55,533 bases of DNA from a virus (lineage: Duplodnaviria > Caudoviricetes), in IMG/VR virus record IMGVR_UViG_3300008448_000102, positions 1-55,533 of that record; one strand, written 5' to 3'. Of the stretch, positions 1-8,183 are shown one piece after another; the first letter of the stretch is position 1; every line of letters starts with the position of its first letter. Made by a program: the position numbers and the translations under genes. The notes below the pieces were generated by a model. The model worked only from the letters and a program-made list of their open reading frames with translations, was not told the origin of the DNA and searched no databases.

Positions 1-50
1 CGCCGACGTAATGCCGCTATATAACCCCCACACTACTACCATCTGATTCG

Positions 51-58
51 TATATTTG
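51..58 (+). promoter_or_regulatory. Bacteroidota-type -7 promoter box (TATATTTG)
   Basis: Matches the TAnnTTTG consensus, 20 nt upstream of the ATG at 78. Confidence 0.6.
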
Positions 59-77
59 GGTCTTAAACTTAAAAGGC

Positions 78-317
78 ATGGCACAGAAGATTAAAGTACA
101 CGGTAAGGCTGCGAACCTTAGCGGCTTGCGTATGGAGGGCGGACGCATGATTAACGACAGCCCAACTCCAATGGCTCCGATAACACAGGCTGCTATTATG
201 CGGAAGGAGCGGATGCGTCAGGAGAAGATTGACATGATGGCCGAGGCTTACCACCGGGCCGATATGCAGCACGAGATGATGGAGATGGCTATGGGTAAGT
301 ACAAGGACATGGACTAA
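78..317 (+). CDS. hypothetical protein (79 aa, Met-rich)
   Basis: ORF flanked by a -7 box and an intrinsic terminator. Confidence 0.75.
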   Translation: MAQKIKVHGKAANLSGLRMEGGRMINDSPTPMAPITQAAIMRKERMRQEKIDMMAEAYHRADMQHEMMEMAMGKYKDMD

Positions 318-338
318 CCAAGTCAAACACAGATAGGC

Positions 339-360
339 AAGGGGACTTCGGTCCCCTTTT
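339..360 (+). terminator. intrinsic terminator
   Basis: AAGGGGAC-TTCG-GTCCCCTT hairpin with a UUCG loop, running into a T tract. Confidence 0.85.
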
Positions 361-552
361 CTATGTCGTCAATGTCGATTCTAATTCTAACTATGTCGTT
401 TTTATGTCGATTCTTTTGACCTAACTTATTGATAATCAATCTCTATGTCGATTATGTCAATTTTAACTTTACTTTCTAATGGGAAAAAAATAATATATAT
501 AATAAAGAGAGAGAGAGAGATAGGGACATAGCCAAAATCGGCTTTACGACAT
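361..552. other. origin-like element A (ATGTC iterons, IHF-like site, AT-rich tract, inverted iterons)
   Basis: ATGTC at 363, 372, 393, 404, 445, 454; WATCAANNNNTTR match on the - strand at about 422-434; A-rich tract; inverted GACAT at 525 and 548; homologous to 47501-47678. Confidence 0.6.
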
Positions 553-597
553 GTGGTGGTTTAAGGCTTGGTTATTTGGTATTAGACAATTGACTGT

Positions 598-605
598 TAT
601 ATTTG
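598..605 (+). promoter_or_regulatory. -7 promoter box upstream of groEL
   Basis: TATATTTG followed by the A-rich leader TAATCAAACAAA-ATG. Confidence 0.65.
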
Positions 606-625
606 CACCACTCTAATCAAACAAA

Positions 626-2233
626 ATGAACACATCGGGTTATTCTCCAAAGGAGTTATACTTTTCACAGGACGCCGTTGGGCGCCTAATTGGTGGCATC
701 ACCAAGATGAGCAACGCCGTCAAGAGTACCTTGGGTCCTCACGGCAACACGGTACTAATCGAGTCCCCGCACCACACGCATGGCATCACGGTAACGAAGG
801 ACGGGGTGACGGTGGCCAAGGCCATTGAGTTGAAGGACCCGGTCGAGAACCTTGCGGTTCAGATGATGAAGGAGGCGGCGGACCGCACGGCGACGTTGGC
901 GGGCGACGGCACGACCACGGCGATTGTGTTAACCGAGGCGTTGGTACGCGAGGGCATGCGGAACATATCGGTGGACATGAACCGCACGGAGGTGCTGCGT
1001 CAGATGGTGGAGTTGAGCGGCAAGGTGGTGGAGAAGTTGAAGCGCAGGAGCAAGAAGGTGTCGGGCGGCATGCTGCACGACGTGGCGACAATCTCGTCCA
1101 ACAACGACAAGGCCATCGGTCAGATAATCTCGGAGGTATATAGGGAGGTTGGACGCAACGGCATTGTTACCGTCGAGCGCAGCCAAACGAGCGAGACCTA
1201 CTCGGAGACCACAAAGGGTCTAAAGGTTGACAGGGGGTACATGTCCCCGCTGTTCATCAACGACCAACGCAAGGACGAGTGTGTCTTCGAGGACACCATG
1301 GTGTTGGTGTGCGACATGGAGATAAGCAACATCCTTCAGATTGAGAATATCCTGAAGCCAATTGTAAGCGAGGGCAAGAAGTTGCTGATTATCTCGCCAT
1401 GCAGCGTGAACGTAATAAACACCTTGGCGGCTAACGTGATGAAGGGCAACATTAAGGTGTGTGCCATTCCGCCGCCCAACTTCGGATACAAGCAGCACGA
1501 GTTGATGCAGGACATCGCCGTGTCGCTTGGGGCCACGTACTTCAGCGAGAAGACGGGCGACGACCTGAGCCTCATCAACTACGGACACTTGGGCCACGCG
1601 GCCAAGGTGATTGTGGGGCGCGACAGCACGGTGATTATCAAGTCGGAGGTTAAGTCAAATCAGGAGACCATCGAGGAGCGCGTCGCTCAGTTGTGGGAGT
1701 CACACGCTTTGGCGAAACGCAAGGCCGACAAGGACTTCATCTTGGAGCGCATTGCTTCATTGACAGGCGGCATCGGCGTCATCTACGTTGGCGGAAATAC
1801 GGACCTCGAGCAGAAGGAACTGTACGACCGGGTTGACGATGCGGTATGCGCGGTGCGGTCGGCATTGGAGGAGGGCATCCTCCCCGGCGCGGGCAAGGCG
1901 CTGTACGAGGTCAGCGTACACTCGCTGATGTCAGGCAACCCGTCCACAGCCGAGCAGGTAGCGGCGGAGATACTTGACGCGGCTATCAAGGTTCCACTGA
2001 TTCAAATCCTTTCCAACGGCGGTTATGACTACCGCGACATTTACACCGACGCGGTCGGCGAGGGCGAGGGCTTCAACCTAAAGACGGGCAAGACGGGAGA
2101 CCTGATTAAGATGGGGGTGATTGACCCGCTGAAGGTCACACGGTCGGCGTTGCAGAACGCGGTGAGCGTGGCGACCACAATCCTAAGTACCAACGCAATT
2201 GTAACAATGGCCCGCTCCTATGAGTCAGCATGA
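626..2233 (+). CDS. groEL: phage chaperonin GroEL (Cpn60)
   Basis: TLGP-G, VTKDGVTVA, AGDGTTTA, ERIASLTGGIGVIYVGG and GVIDPLKVTRSALQNA motifs; no C-terminal GGM repeats. Confidence 0.97.
   Translation: MNTSGYSPKELYFSQDAVGRLIGGITKMSNAVKSTLGPHGNTVLIESPHHTHGITVTKDGVTVAKAIELKDPVENLAVQMMKEAADRTATLAGDGTTTAIVLTEALVREGMRNISVDMNRTEVLRQMVELSGKVVEKLKRRSKKVSGGMLHDVATISSNNDKAIGQIISEVYREVGRNGIVTVERSQTSETYSETTKGLKVDRGYMSPLFINDQRKDECVFEDTMVLVCDMEISNILQIENILKPIVSEGKKLLIISPCSVNVINTLAANVMKGNIKVCAIPPPNFGYKQHELMQDIAVSLGATYFSEKTGDDLSLINYGHLGHAAKVIVGRDSTVIIKSEVKSNQETIEERVAQLWESHALAKRKADKDFILERIASLTGGIGVIYVGGNTDLEQKELYDRVDDAVCAVRSALEEGILPGAGKALYEVSVHSLMSGNPSTAEQVAAEILDAAIKVPLIQILSNGGYDYRDIYTDAVGEGEGFNLKTGKTGDLIKMGVIDPLKVTRSALQNAVSVATTILSTNAIVTMARSYESA
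1281..1296. repeat. dispersed 16-bp palindrome copy 1 (GTGTCTTCGAGGACAC)
   Basis: Exact sequence, inside groEL. Confidence 0.9.
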
Positions 2234-2447
2234 CGAGATAATGAAGGCCGACGGCTTTGATGAGGCCATCATTGGGACAGACTACCGCACGGACAGGATA
2301 GTGTACTCAGTCTACAAGTGCGTCAAGATTCTAATGAAGCGAGACCGCATGGCCTTCGACGAGGCCCTTGAGTTTTTAGAGTTCAACACGTTCTCCGCTT
2401 ACGTTGGCGAGGGCACACCCATATTTGTAGACGACATAACGGTATGA
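2220..2447 (+). CDS. conserved phage hypothetical protein (ADGFDEAIIG motif)
   Basis: Overlaps both neighbouring genes; motif typical of small phage proteins. Confidence 0.8.
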   Translation: MSQHDEIMKADGFDEAIIGTDYRTDRIVYSVYKCVKILMKRDRMAFDEALEFLEFNTFSAYVGEGTPIFVDDITV

Positions 2448-2701
2448 AGGCAATAGGCAAATACATTGTAGTCCGTCAGTTGGAGGAGGAGGTGCGGACG
2501 GAGTCCGGCCTGATACTCAGCGGCGAGGACACCAATCAGTTCAGGTACCGCAGGGGTGTGGTAATATGCCCGGGCACCGACGTGAACTGCATCAGTGTCG
2601 GCGACGAGGTGTACTACGATAAGGCGCACAGTTTCACTATGCTAATAGGCGAGGAGCATCACACCATCATTCTTGAGCGGGACGTTGTTGTTGTCGCTTG
2701 A
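2444..2701 (+). CDS. groES: co-chaperonin GroES (Cpn10)
   Basis: Mobile loop TESGLIL, G.VI..G, VGDEVYY and ILERDV motifs; close to groEL. Confidence 0.92.
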   Translation: MKAIGKYIVVRQLEEEVRTESGLILSGEDTNQFRYRRGVVICPGTDVNCISVGDEVYYDKAHSFTMLIGEEHHTIILERDVVVVA

Positions 2702-3140
2702 GTCGCTCGGCTTCGGCAATCTCGTTCATCTCGTCGATTAGTTTCCGGTAGACCTTGTCGCTATAACGATAGGTGCGCTCGCCCAACTTCAGTCGGGTGA
2801 TGTAGTGCTGCTTGCGTGGTATGGCAGGGAACGGCACCGAGTGGCTAAGTTTGTCATAGATGAAGTCAACGACCTGAGCGGCCTTGAAGGAGATTTGGTA
2901 TAGGGTCCTTTGGTTCCCCGTCCTTGGCCTGAACACCGTTATCCACCCATCCCTAAGAAGCCGCTTAAACCGCTTGCTGTCCCAATGAAGGACGGACTCA
3001 AACTTTTCAAATCGCTCCCTACTGAAGTAGTTCTCATCGTAGAGGTACAGGAGGACGTCGAGGTCGGCCTCGCTTAGGTCCCACTTTCTTTTTGCATATT
3101 GGCGGACCACACGCCAATACTTTAGATAATTAGATTTCAT
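2667..3140 (-). CDS. putative winged-helix (MarR-like) DNA-binding protein
   Basis: LSEADLDVLLYLY...RLLRDGWI...LYQIS pattern; has its own -7 box on the - strand. Confidence 0.6.
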   Translation of the reverse strand: MKSNYLKYWRVVRQYAKRKWDLSEADLDVLLYLYDENYFSRERFEKFESVLHWDSKRFKRLLRDGWITVFRPRTGNQRTLYQISFKAAQVVDFIYDKLSHSVPFPAIPRKQHYITRLKLGERTYRYSDKVYRKLIDEMNEIAEAERLKRQQQRPAQE

Positions 3141-3144
3141 TTTA

Positions 3145-3162
3145 TACTTTTGAGCAAAGTTA
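3145..3162. promoter_or_regulatory. closely spaced, oppositely oriented -7 boxes
   Basis: TACTTTTG (+, 3145-3152) and TAACTTTG (-, 3155-3162) between divergent ORFs. Confidence 0.5.
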
Positions 3163-3169
3163 ACCTATC

Positions 3170-3409
3170 ATGCCCGAGCAAACTAATTCAAAGGAGTCCA
3201 CGCCAAAGAAGGACGAGGACGTCGCGTTTCGCAACGAGTCGATTGCCACCATCCGTGGGTTAGTTCACGAGAACAAGAAACTACGCGAGGCGATGTCGGC
3301 ATCGGCAAAGCAGCGCAGGTCAACGGTATCACAGCGTCAGTCTTCTGCCTCACGCATTCAGGGATTGCAAACGCTTAAAAATACTTTGGGCACCCCGTCC
3401 AAGGCTTAA
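3170..3409 (+). CDS. hypothetical protein
   Basis: ORF downstream of a -7 box. Confidence 0.65.
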   Translation: MPEQTNSKESTPKKDEDVAFRNESIATIRGLVHENKKLREAMSASAKQRRSTVSQRQSSASRIQGLQTLKNTLGTPSKA

Positions 3410-3424
3410 CCAAAAATAAGTAAA

Positions 3425-3532
3425 ATGAAAAAGACCCCAATGAAGACCGCCATCAAAACAATGGCTGCAAAGAAGGTTGCCACCAAGATGGCTCCAAAAA
3501 AGAAGGGCATGGTTCAAAAGAAGATGTACTAA
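3425..3532 (+). CDS. 35-aa Lys/Met-rich basic peptide (not in ORF track)
   Basis: MKKTPMKTAIKTMAAKKVATKMAPKKKGMVQKKMY; A-rich leader; fills the intergenic gap. Confidence 0.65.
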   Translation: MKKTPMKTAIKTMAAKKVATKMAPKKKGMVQKKMY

Positions 3533-3538
3533 TCTTCA

Positions 3539-3691
3539 ATGCCCAAGTCTAACAAGATTTGTCCTGCGGGAATTAAGTGGGCGAAGGCTACCTTTGCCCG
3601 CTACCCGTCGGCCTATGCAAACATGGCGGCGAGTAAATACTGCAAGGACCCTAACTACGGAAAATCAAAAACATCAAAAAGAAAAAAATGA
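3539..3691 (+). CDS. 50-aa basic protein with YPSAYAN motif (not in ORF track)
   Basis: MPKSNKICPAGIKWAKATFARYPSAYANMAASKYCKDPNYGKSKTSKRKK; ATGA overlap with the next gene. Confidence 0.8.
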   Translation: MPKSNKICPAGIKWAKATFARYPSAYANMAASKYCKDPNYGKSKTSKRKK

Positions 3692-3870
3692 CAGACGTAA
3701 AATCTTGGATTCAGTCCCGAACCATTTGGGCTATCCTGTTGGTGCTTGCACCCCTTCTGACCAAACTCGTTGGCTACGACATCGAGGCCACCATGGCCGA
3801 CATCCTTACAATTGCGGGCGCCGTCGGCGCAATCTATTTCCGCTTTACAGCCACGGCTGCACTGAAGTAA
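3688..3870 (+). CDS. small two-TM membrane protein (holin-like)
   Basis: KSWIQSRTIW followed by two hydrophobic segments. Confidence 0.7.
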   Translation: MTDVKSWIQSRTIWAILLVLAPLLTKLVGYDIEATMADILTIAGAVGAIYFRFTATAALK

Positions 3871-4127
3871 TGACGGGAGAACTGAGGAAGTGGAGGGAGG
3901 AGAAGTGGGTCCGGATTGGAACGGACGGCTCAATTAAGGGTCCGTGCGGTACAAGTAAGGACACGCGCAATCCCGACAGATGCTTACCTTTGGGCAAGGC
4001 TAAGAGCCTGTCACGGGCTGACCGTGCGGCTACTGCCAAGAAGAAGAAGTCCGAGGGTGGCAGCAAAACTCAGTTTGTTAGCAACACACCAAAAGCAAAG
4101 GTCACATCTAAATACACAAAGCGATGA
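3870..4127 (+). CDS. basic conserved phage protein (LRKWREEKW...CG...CLP)
   Basis: TAATG coupling puts the start at 3870; the upstream extension in the track is an artefact. Confidence 0.8.
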   Translation: MTGELRKWREEKWVRIGTDGSIKGPCGTSKDTRNPDRCLPLGKAKSLSRADRAATAKKKKSEGGSKTQFVSNTPKAKVTSKYTKR

Positions 4128-4204
4128 AAGCAACACCCTGCACACACAATGTAAACAAGGCGGTGTACGGTTCAAAGACCAAGCCCAAGCCTAAGAAGAA
4201 GTAA
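4124..4204 (+). CDS. 26-aa basic peptide (not in ORF track)
   Basis: MKATPCTHNVNKAVYGSKTKPKPKKK; ATGA overlap upstream, ends 1 nt before the next start. Confidence 0.6.
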   Translation: MKATPCTHNVNKAVYGSKTKPKPKKK

Positions 4205-4205
4205 C

Positions 4206-4496
4206 ATGGCGAACAAGTCCTCCATGAAGTGCAACCAACCTGTCCCGTCGGATAGGCCGGGAAAGAAGAAGATGGTGAAGGCTTGCCAAGACGGCAAAGA
4301 GAAACTTATCCACTTCGGCGCTGAGGGCTATGGACACAACTACTCGTCGGCGGCCCGTAAGTCGTTCAGAGCGAGGCACGGTTGTGATACAGCATCCAAC
4401 AAACTAACCGCAAGGTATTGGGCTTGCAAGAACCTTTGGGCCGGGCCCGGGGGCGACACTAAGAGCAGCCCTAAAAGTCGAAAAGGAAAATACTGA
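4206..4496 (+). CDS. basic conserved phage protein (HFG...RKSFRARH.C...ARYW)
   Basis: Motif pattern common in small basic proteins of aquatic phages. Confidence 0.8.
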   Translation: MANKSSMKCNQPVPSDRPGKKKMVKACQDGKEKLIHFGAEGYGHNYSSAARKSFRARHGCDTASNKLTARYWACKNLWAGPGGDTKSSPKSRKGKY

Positions 4497-4699
4497 TGAA
4501 GATAACATATCATGGTACCCCGCCTGTTGTAAACAAGAGCCGGGGCTTTGGAGACACAGTAGAGAAGTTCACCAACGCTACGGGCATAGCGAGGGTGCTA
4601 AAGAACATCACAGCGGCGGTCGGAGTTGAGGACTGCGGATGTGCAGCCCGAAGAGATACGTTAAACCGCATATTCCCATACAACAATGCCAACACCTAA
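4496..4699 (+). CDS. conserved phage hypothetical protein (GDTVEK...CGC..RR..LN)
   Basis: Coupled ORF with a recognisable CGC motif. Confidence 0.75.
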   Translation: MKITYHGTPPVVNKSRGFGDTVEKFTNATGIARVLKNITAAVGVEDCGCAARRDTLNRIFPYNNANT

Positions 4700-5189
4700 A
4701 CTTCAGCCGAGCCGTGCGCTCAGGCTTGCTATAACCAACAATGCTGAGATTCCGACACTTAATGTCCTCGCATCAGGAACGAACACATCGACAGGCACGG
4801 CAGTTAGTATCACTCCGGGCACGGGTGACTTTATTGCTGCGGGAGTTAAGCCGGGGGACATTGTATACAATATAAACACCCCGCTTGTTCCACTTGCTGC
4901 CACAGTTACAGCCGTGTTGAGTTCAACAGCAATTACCCTAAACGTAGGCATATTCCCTGCTGTACTTTACCCATTTATTATCTATCAGTCGGGAGCAAAC
5001 GCGGGCGTGTATGATGCGTGTGTTCTATATATTGGAACAAGCGGCAACCTATGTGCTGAGACGGCGGGCGGAGACCAAGTCGTATTTTCAAACGCCGCAG
5101 GTGGATTTTTTCCTGTGAACGTCCGAAGGATACTTACAAGCATAGGGTCGACCACAACAGCAGCATCGAATATTATAGGTCTTTGGTAA
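4686..5189 (+). CDS. putative head spike-base protein, paralog 1
   Basis: C-terminal LYIGTSGNL...GDQVVF...GFFPVNVRRI...AASNIIGLW resembles the RcGTA head-spike base family (from memory). Confidence 0.55.
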   Translation: MPTPKLQPSRALRLAITNNAEIPTLNVLASGTNTSTGTAVSITPGTGDFIAAGVKPGDIVYNINTPLVPLAATVTAVLSSTAITLNVGIFPAVLYPFIIYQSGANAGVYDACVLYIGTSGNLCAETAGGDQVVFSNAAGGFFPVNVRRILTSIGSTTTAASNIIGLW

Positions 5190-5190
5190 C

Positions 5191-5709
5191 ATGTCGATAA
5201 GGACACAGCAAGCAACGCAAATGATTTCGCAATGTAGGCCGAACGACACGGTTGACATTCCGAATCCATCAAACCGTATTACTCAGGGTGTAACATTTAG
5301 TGCTGTTGCTAACAAACTTATCAAGTCAGGACCCGATGGGTTATTTATTTCAAAGGGCGTTCAACCCGGAGACATAGCCTTGAATGTAAACAGTGGGTTT
5401 TATACTACTGTTGTTACCGTAGAGTCCGAGTCCTCTTTGTTATTGGCATCAAATATTTTTTCAGTAGCGAATCAGGCTTTTGCAGTTTTCAGGTCTATAC
5501 CAAACGGCGGATACCCTTGGACTCCATGTATTCGTATAATTACCTTCGGCGCACTTCCATATAATGTAAACTTAATTACGGCGGGAGGGGACAATATTAT
5601 ATTTACAACAACAGGATTCTTATCTGTTAACACACTCGGGAGCATCCAAGTAAGCAGGGTCCTTGCTACCGGAACAGATGCGGGTTTAATCTTCGCAGCA
5701 TTTCAATAG
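5191..5709 (+). CDS. putative head spike-base protein, paralog 2
   Basis: Shares GV.PGDI..N, TAGGD.I.F and V.RV motifs with the 4686 ORF. Confidence 0.5.
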   Translation: MSIRTQQATQMISQCRPNDTVDIPNPSNRITQGVTFSAVANKLIKSGPDGLFISKGVQPGDIALNVNSGFYTTVVTVESESSLLLASNIFSVANQAFAVFRSIPNGGYPWTPCIRIITFGALPYNVNLITAGGDNIIFTTTGFLSVNTLGSIQVSRVLATGTDAGLIFAAFQ

Positions 5710-6582
5710 ATGTCAATTATCTCATTAGCAATATCGAACATTACCGCTGTTTCAATCACAGCGCCACCCGCAGGGGGGAACGTAATTCCCACGCCGAGTC
5801 CGAATTGGGCGGACATAGACTTCGTCCCAACGGGCAGGACTTGGACCTATAACAAGCAGCAGATTCAGGGCATCGACGAGGTAATATCACTTAGGCTTTC
5901 ATCGAGTGCAAACCCTAATCCTGAGAATAAGATATACATAAACGTGTCACTGTCAAACCCCGCGTGGTCCAATGGCGGCACATCAAGTGATGACCCTGTC
6001 ACTGCGGGATTTACCGAGGTAACATCCTTCCCGTATGACTTTACCGTTCAGCCTAACGATTACGTATCGTTTGCGATTTGGATGCAGGAGTCGGGAACGT
6101 ACAGTTACACGATGACCGTATCAAACGAGTCGGATAGTGGTACCGTGATTGACACGTTCCTTGCCGACTCAAGCGGAAGCAATGTAGTGCCATATCCTGC
6201 GCTTGATTGGGCGAATGTAATATATGATGTAGGGGGACTCTACTATCAAGTTAGTAAGCAGCAGGTAAATGATATAACTCAGCCTATTGATTTGAAGTTT
6301 ATATCAAGCCCTCCGATAAGTGGCGGTGAAACAATCATGCTTTATATATCTCAGACTGAGCCGTCATGGGCTAACGGAGATGTTGTTTTTGACACTCCAT
6401 CTATTCTCGGATTTAATGTCATCAATGAGGGTGTAACATTCACAGTAAATAGGGGGGATTGGGTTTCATTTGCGATTGAGTCAAGTATAGGTGTCAGTGT
6501 AAATTATTACATTGATGTAGTGAATGAATCAGATGGGGATGAACTATTAGACGCATTTACAGCGGACGTGTTTGGATTATGA
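5710..6582 (+). CDS. virion protein with two tandem ~130-aa repeats (possible head fibre)
   Basis: NVIPTPSPNWADI..VSNESDSGTVIDTF repeated as NVVPYPALDWANV..VVNESDGDELLDAF. Confidence 0.65.
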   Translation: MSIISLAISNITAVSITAPPAGGNVIPTPSPNWADIDFVPTGRTWTYNKQQIQGIDEVISLRLSSSANPNPENKIYINVSLSNPAWSNGGTSSDDPVTAGFTEVTSFPYDFTVQPNDYVSFAIWMQESGTYSYTMTVSNESDSGTVIDTFLADSSGSNVVPYPALDWANVIYDVGGLYYQVSKQQVNDITQPIDLKFISSPPISGGETIMLYISQTEPSWANGDVVFDTPSILGFNVINEGVTFTVNRGDWVSFAIESSIGVSVNYYIDVVNESDGDELLDAFTADVFGL

Positions 6583-6893
6583 AGTTTACAGATTGGTTAT
6601 CATCAATAGGGATAGATATAACACTAATGTTTGCAGGAATGGCGGGCAGCGTGTTGATGGCAACTAAGAGACAGAAGCAGAACATAAAGGCTTCGGTGTT
6701 GGGAATCGTGTCGGGTACACTCTCGGCTAACTACCTAACTCAGGTTGCCATCGAGGTATTTGAACTTGAGGGTCGCAGCCAATACGGCGTCGCCTTCTTG
6801 TTGGGATACTTTGGACTAAAGGGAGTAGAGAAGTTTGTAGAAAAATTCAGTAAGGATGGCAAAGCAGAAGACAACTTCGGACCGGGCTTTTAA
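6579..6893 (+). CDS. putative holin
   Basis: Three hydrophobic segments, a charged C-terminus, upstream of the endolysin. Confidence 0.7.
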   Translation: MKFTDWLSSIGIDITLMFAGMAGSVLMATKRQKQNIKASVLGIVSGTLSANYLTQVAIEVFELEGRSQYGVAFLLGYFGLKGVEKFVEKFSKDGKAEDNFGPGF

Positions 6894-6999
6894 GCCCAAG
6901 GCGAAGCGCAACAATAAGGGCGTACATTCCAAGAAGGGGTCGAGTAAATTAAAGACGAGCAAGAATTACAAGAAGGAGTACAAAGGTCAGGGTCGATGA
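6856..6999 (+). CDS. 47-aa basic protein ending YKGQGR (not in ORF track)
   Basis: MAKQKTTSDRAFKPKAKRNNKGVHSKKGSSKLKTSKNYKKEYKGQGR; ATGA overlap with the endolysin. Confidence 0.75.
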   Translation: MAKQKTTSDRAFKPKAKRNNKGVHSKKGSSKLKTSKNYKKEYKGQGR

Positions 7000-7445
7000 A
7001 CATATCGAAGAACTTCACGCTAAAGGAGATGATAAGCAGCACGACTGCTATACGTTTAGGCATACCGAACGACCCCCCATTAGATGTGGTGAACAATATG
7101 ATTTTATTGGCCGATGCTGTCCTTCAGCCTCTGCGAGAGTACATGGACGAGTCCATTAGGGTAAGCAGCGGTTACAGGAGCCCGGTTTTGAACCGCAAGA
7201 TTGGCGGGAGTAAGTCCTCTCAGCATTGCGTGGGTCAGGCGGCTGACCTAACATGCGATGGGAAGAACAAGAAGATGTTCGACTTCATCAAGGATAGCCT
7301 CGTGTTCGACCAACTAATATGGGAGTTCGGAACGGAGCGTGAACCCGATTGGGTCCACGTGTCATACAAGAGGGATGGCAACAGGCGTCAGGTCCTTGTG
7401 GCTAAGAAGGTAAACGGCAAGACGGTATATGAGCAATATGGCTGA
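6996..7445 (+). CDS. endolysin, peptidase M15A family
   Basis: SKNFTLKE, SSGYRS..LN..IGG...SQH..GQAAD and WVHVS motifs. Confidence 0.92.
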   Translation: MNISKNFTLKEMISSTTAIRLGIPNDPPLDVVNNMILLADAVLQPLREYMDESIRVSSGYRSPVLNRKIGGSKSSQHCVGQAADLTCDGKNKKMFDFIKDSLVFDQLIWEFGTEREPDWVHVSYKRDGNRRQVLVAKKVNGKTVYEQYG

Positions 7446-7896
7446 CAGGCAGAGGAAGAAGTTCAAGGACACCAAGTTGGGGCAGTTCCTGCGCGTCAAG
7501 GCACCAAAGGTGTTGGACGTGGTGGGGGACGCCTTGCCTGACGAGGGCGTATTAGGTATCGTCAAGAACCTAATAGAGAACTCGACTGAGTTGCGTGAGG
7601 AGGACAAGCAGATGCTTAACAATGTCCTGCGCGAGATGCAGGAGGTCGAGGTCAGGGACCGCGAGTCGGCTCGTCAGAGGGAGGTTGATATAGCCAAGTT
7701 GGGCAAGACGGACTTCATGTTCCTTATGACGGGGGCAATTGGGTTGGCGGTCTTTTGCTTTATTGTCTATGCAATCGTGTACCTTCAGGTCCCGGATGAC
7801 AACAAGGAGATATGGATTCACCTAATCGGAATCTCAGAAGGCGTAGTTCTTTCTATCTTTGGATACTATTTTGGAAGTTCAATCAAACGCAACTAA
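7438..7896 (+). CDS. membrane protein (holin/lysis accessory)
   Basis: DRESARQRE followed by two TM helices ending YYFGSS; alternative start at 7429. Confidence 0.75.
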   Translation: MADRQRKKFKDTKLGQFLRVKAPKVLDVVGDALPDEGVLGIVKNLIENSTELREEDKQMLNNVLREMQEVEVRDRESARQREVDIAKLGKTDFMFLMTGAIGLAVFCFIVYAIVYLQVPDDNKEIWIHLIGISEGVVLSIFGYYFGSSIKRN

Positions 7897-7906
7897 AAAT
7901 AAATCA

Positions 7907-8173
7907 ATGGAAGTAGTATCAAACAAGGCGTCACAGTACGTCACGGCAGAGGAACTAAACACGATTCAGAGCATGAACTCGGACTTTACACGGGCCAAGA
8001 TTGCGCTTGGGGAAATTGAACTCCAACGGCATGGCCTGTTAAAGCACATTGATGAACTCAAGGAAATGTTCACTAACAATGAAAAGATGCTTATTGAAAA
8101 GTATGGCGACAATGCTGTCATCAATGTTAAGACAGGCGAGGTCACTGATAAAGTGCATAATAACAATACTTAA
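7907..8173 (+). CDS. small coiled-coil protein
   Basis: ATG after an A-rich leader; EKYGD...INVKTGE C-terminus. Confidence 0.7.
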   Translation: MEVVSNKASQYVTAEELNTIQSMNSDFTRAKIALGEIELQRHGLLKHIDELKEMFTNNEKMLIEKYGDNAVINVKTGEVTDKVHNNNT

Positions 8174-8183
8174 AAGACTAACA

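Noticed and set aside
14-40. TATATAACCCCC as a packaging or terminus signal
   Set aside because: Too short, at the window edge, and no supporting repeat visible
361-470. CRISPR array or tandem repeat
   Set aside because: Repeats are only 5-9 nt with irregular short spacers; this fits iterons, not CRISPR
506-520. (GA)n microsatellite as a phase-variation tract
   Set aside because: Non-coding and part of the purine-rich core of origin-like element A; copy B has a degenerate equivalent
3477-3869. N-terminal part of the 216-aa track ORF
   Set aside because: Overlaps three better-supported small genes in other frames; the real start is 3870
5191-5206. ATGTCGATAAGGACAC as a degenerate palindrome copy
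   Set aside because: One arm mismatch and a non-consensus core; could be chance
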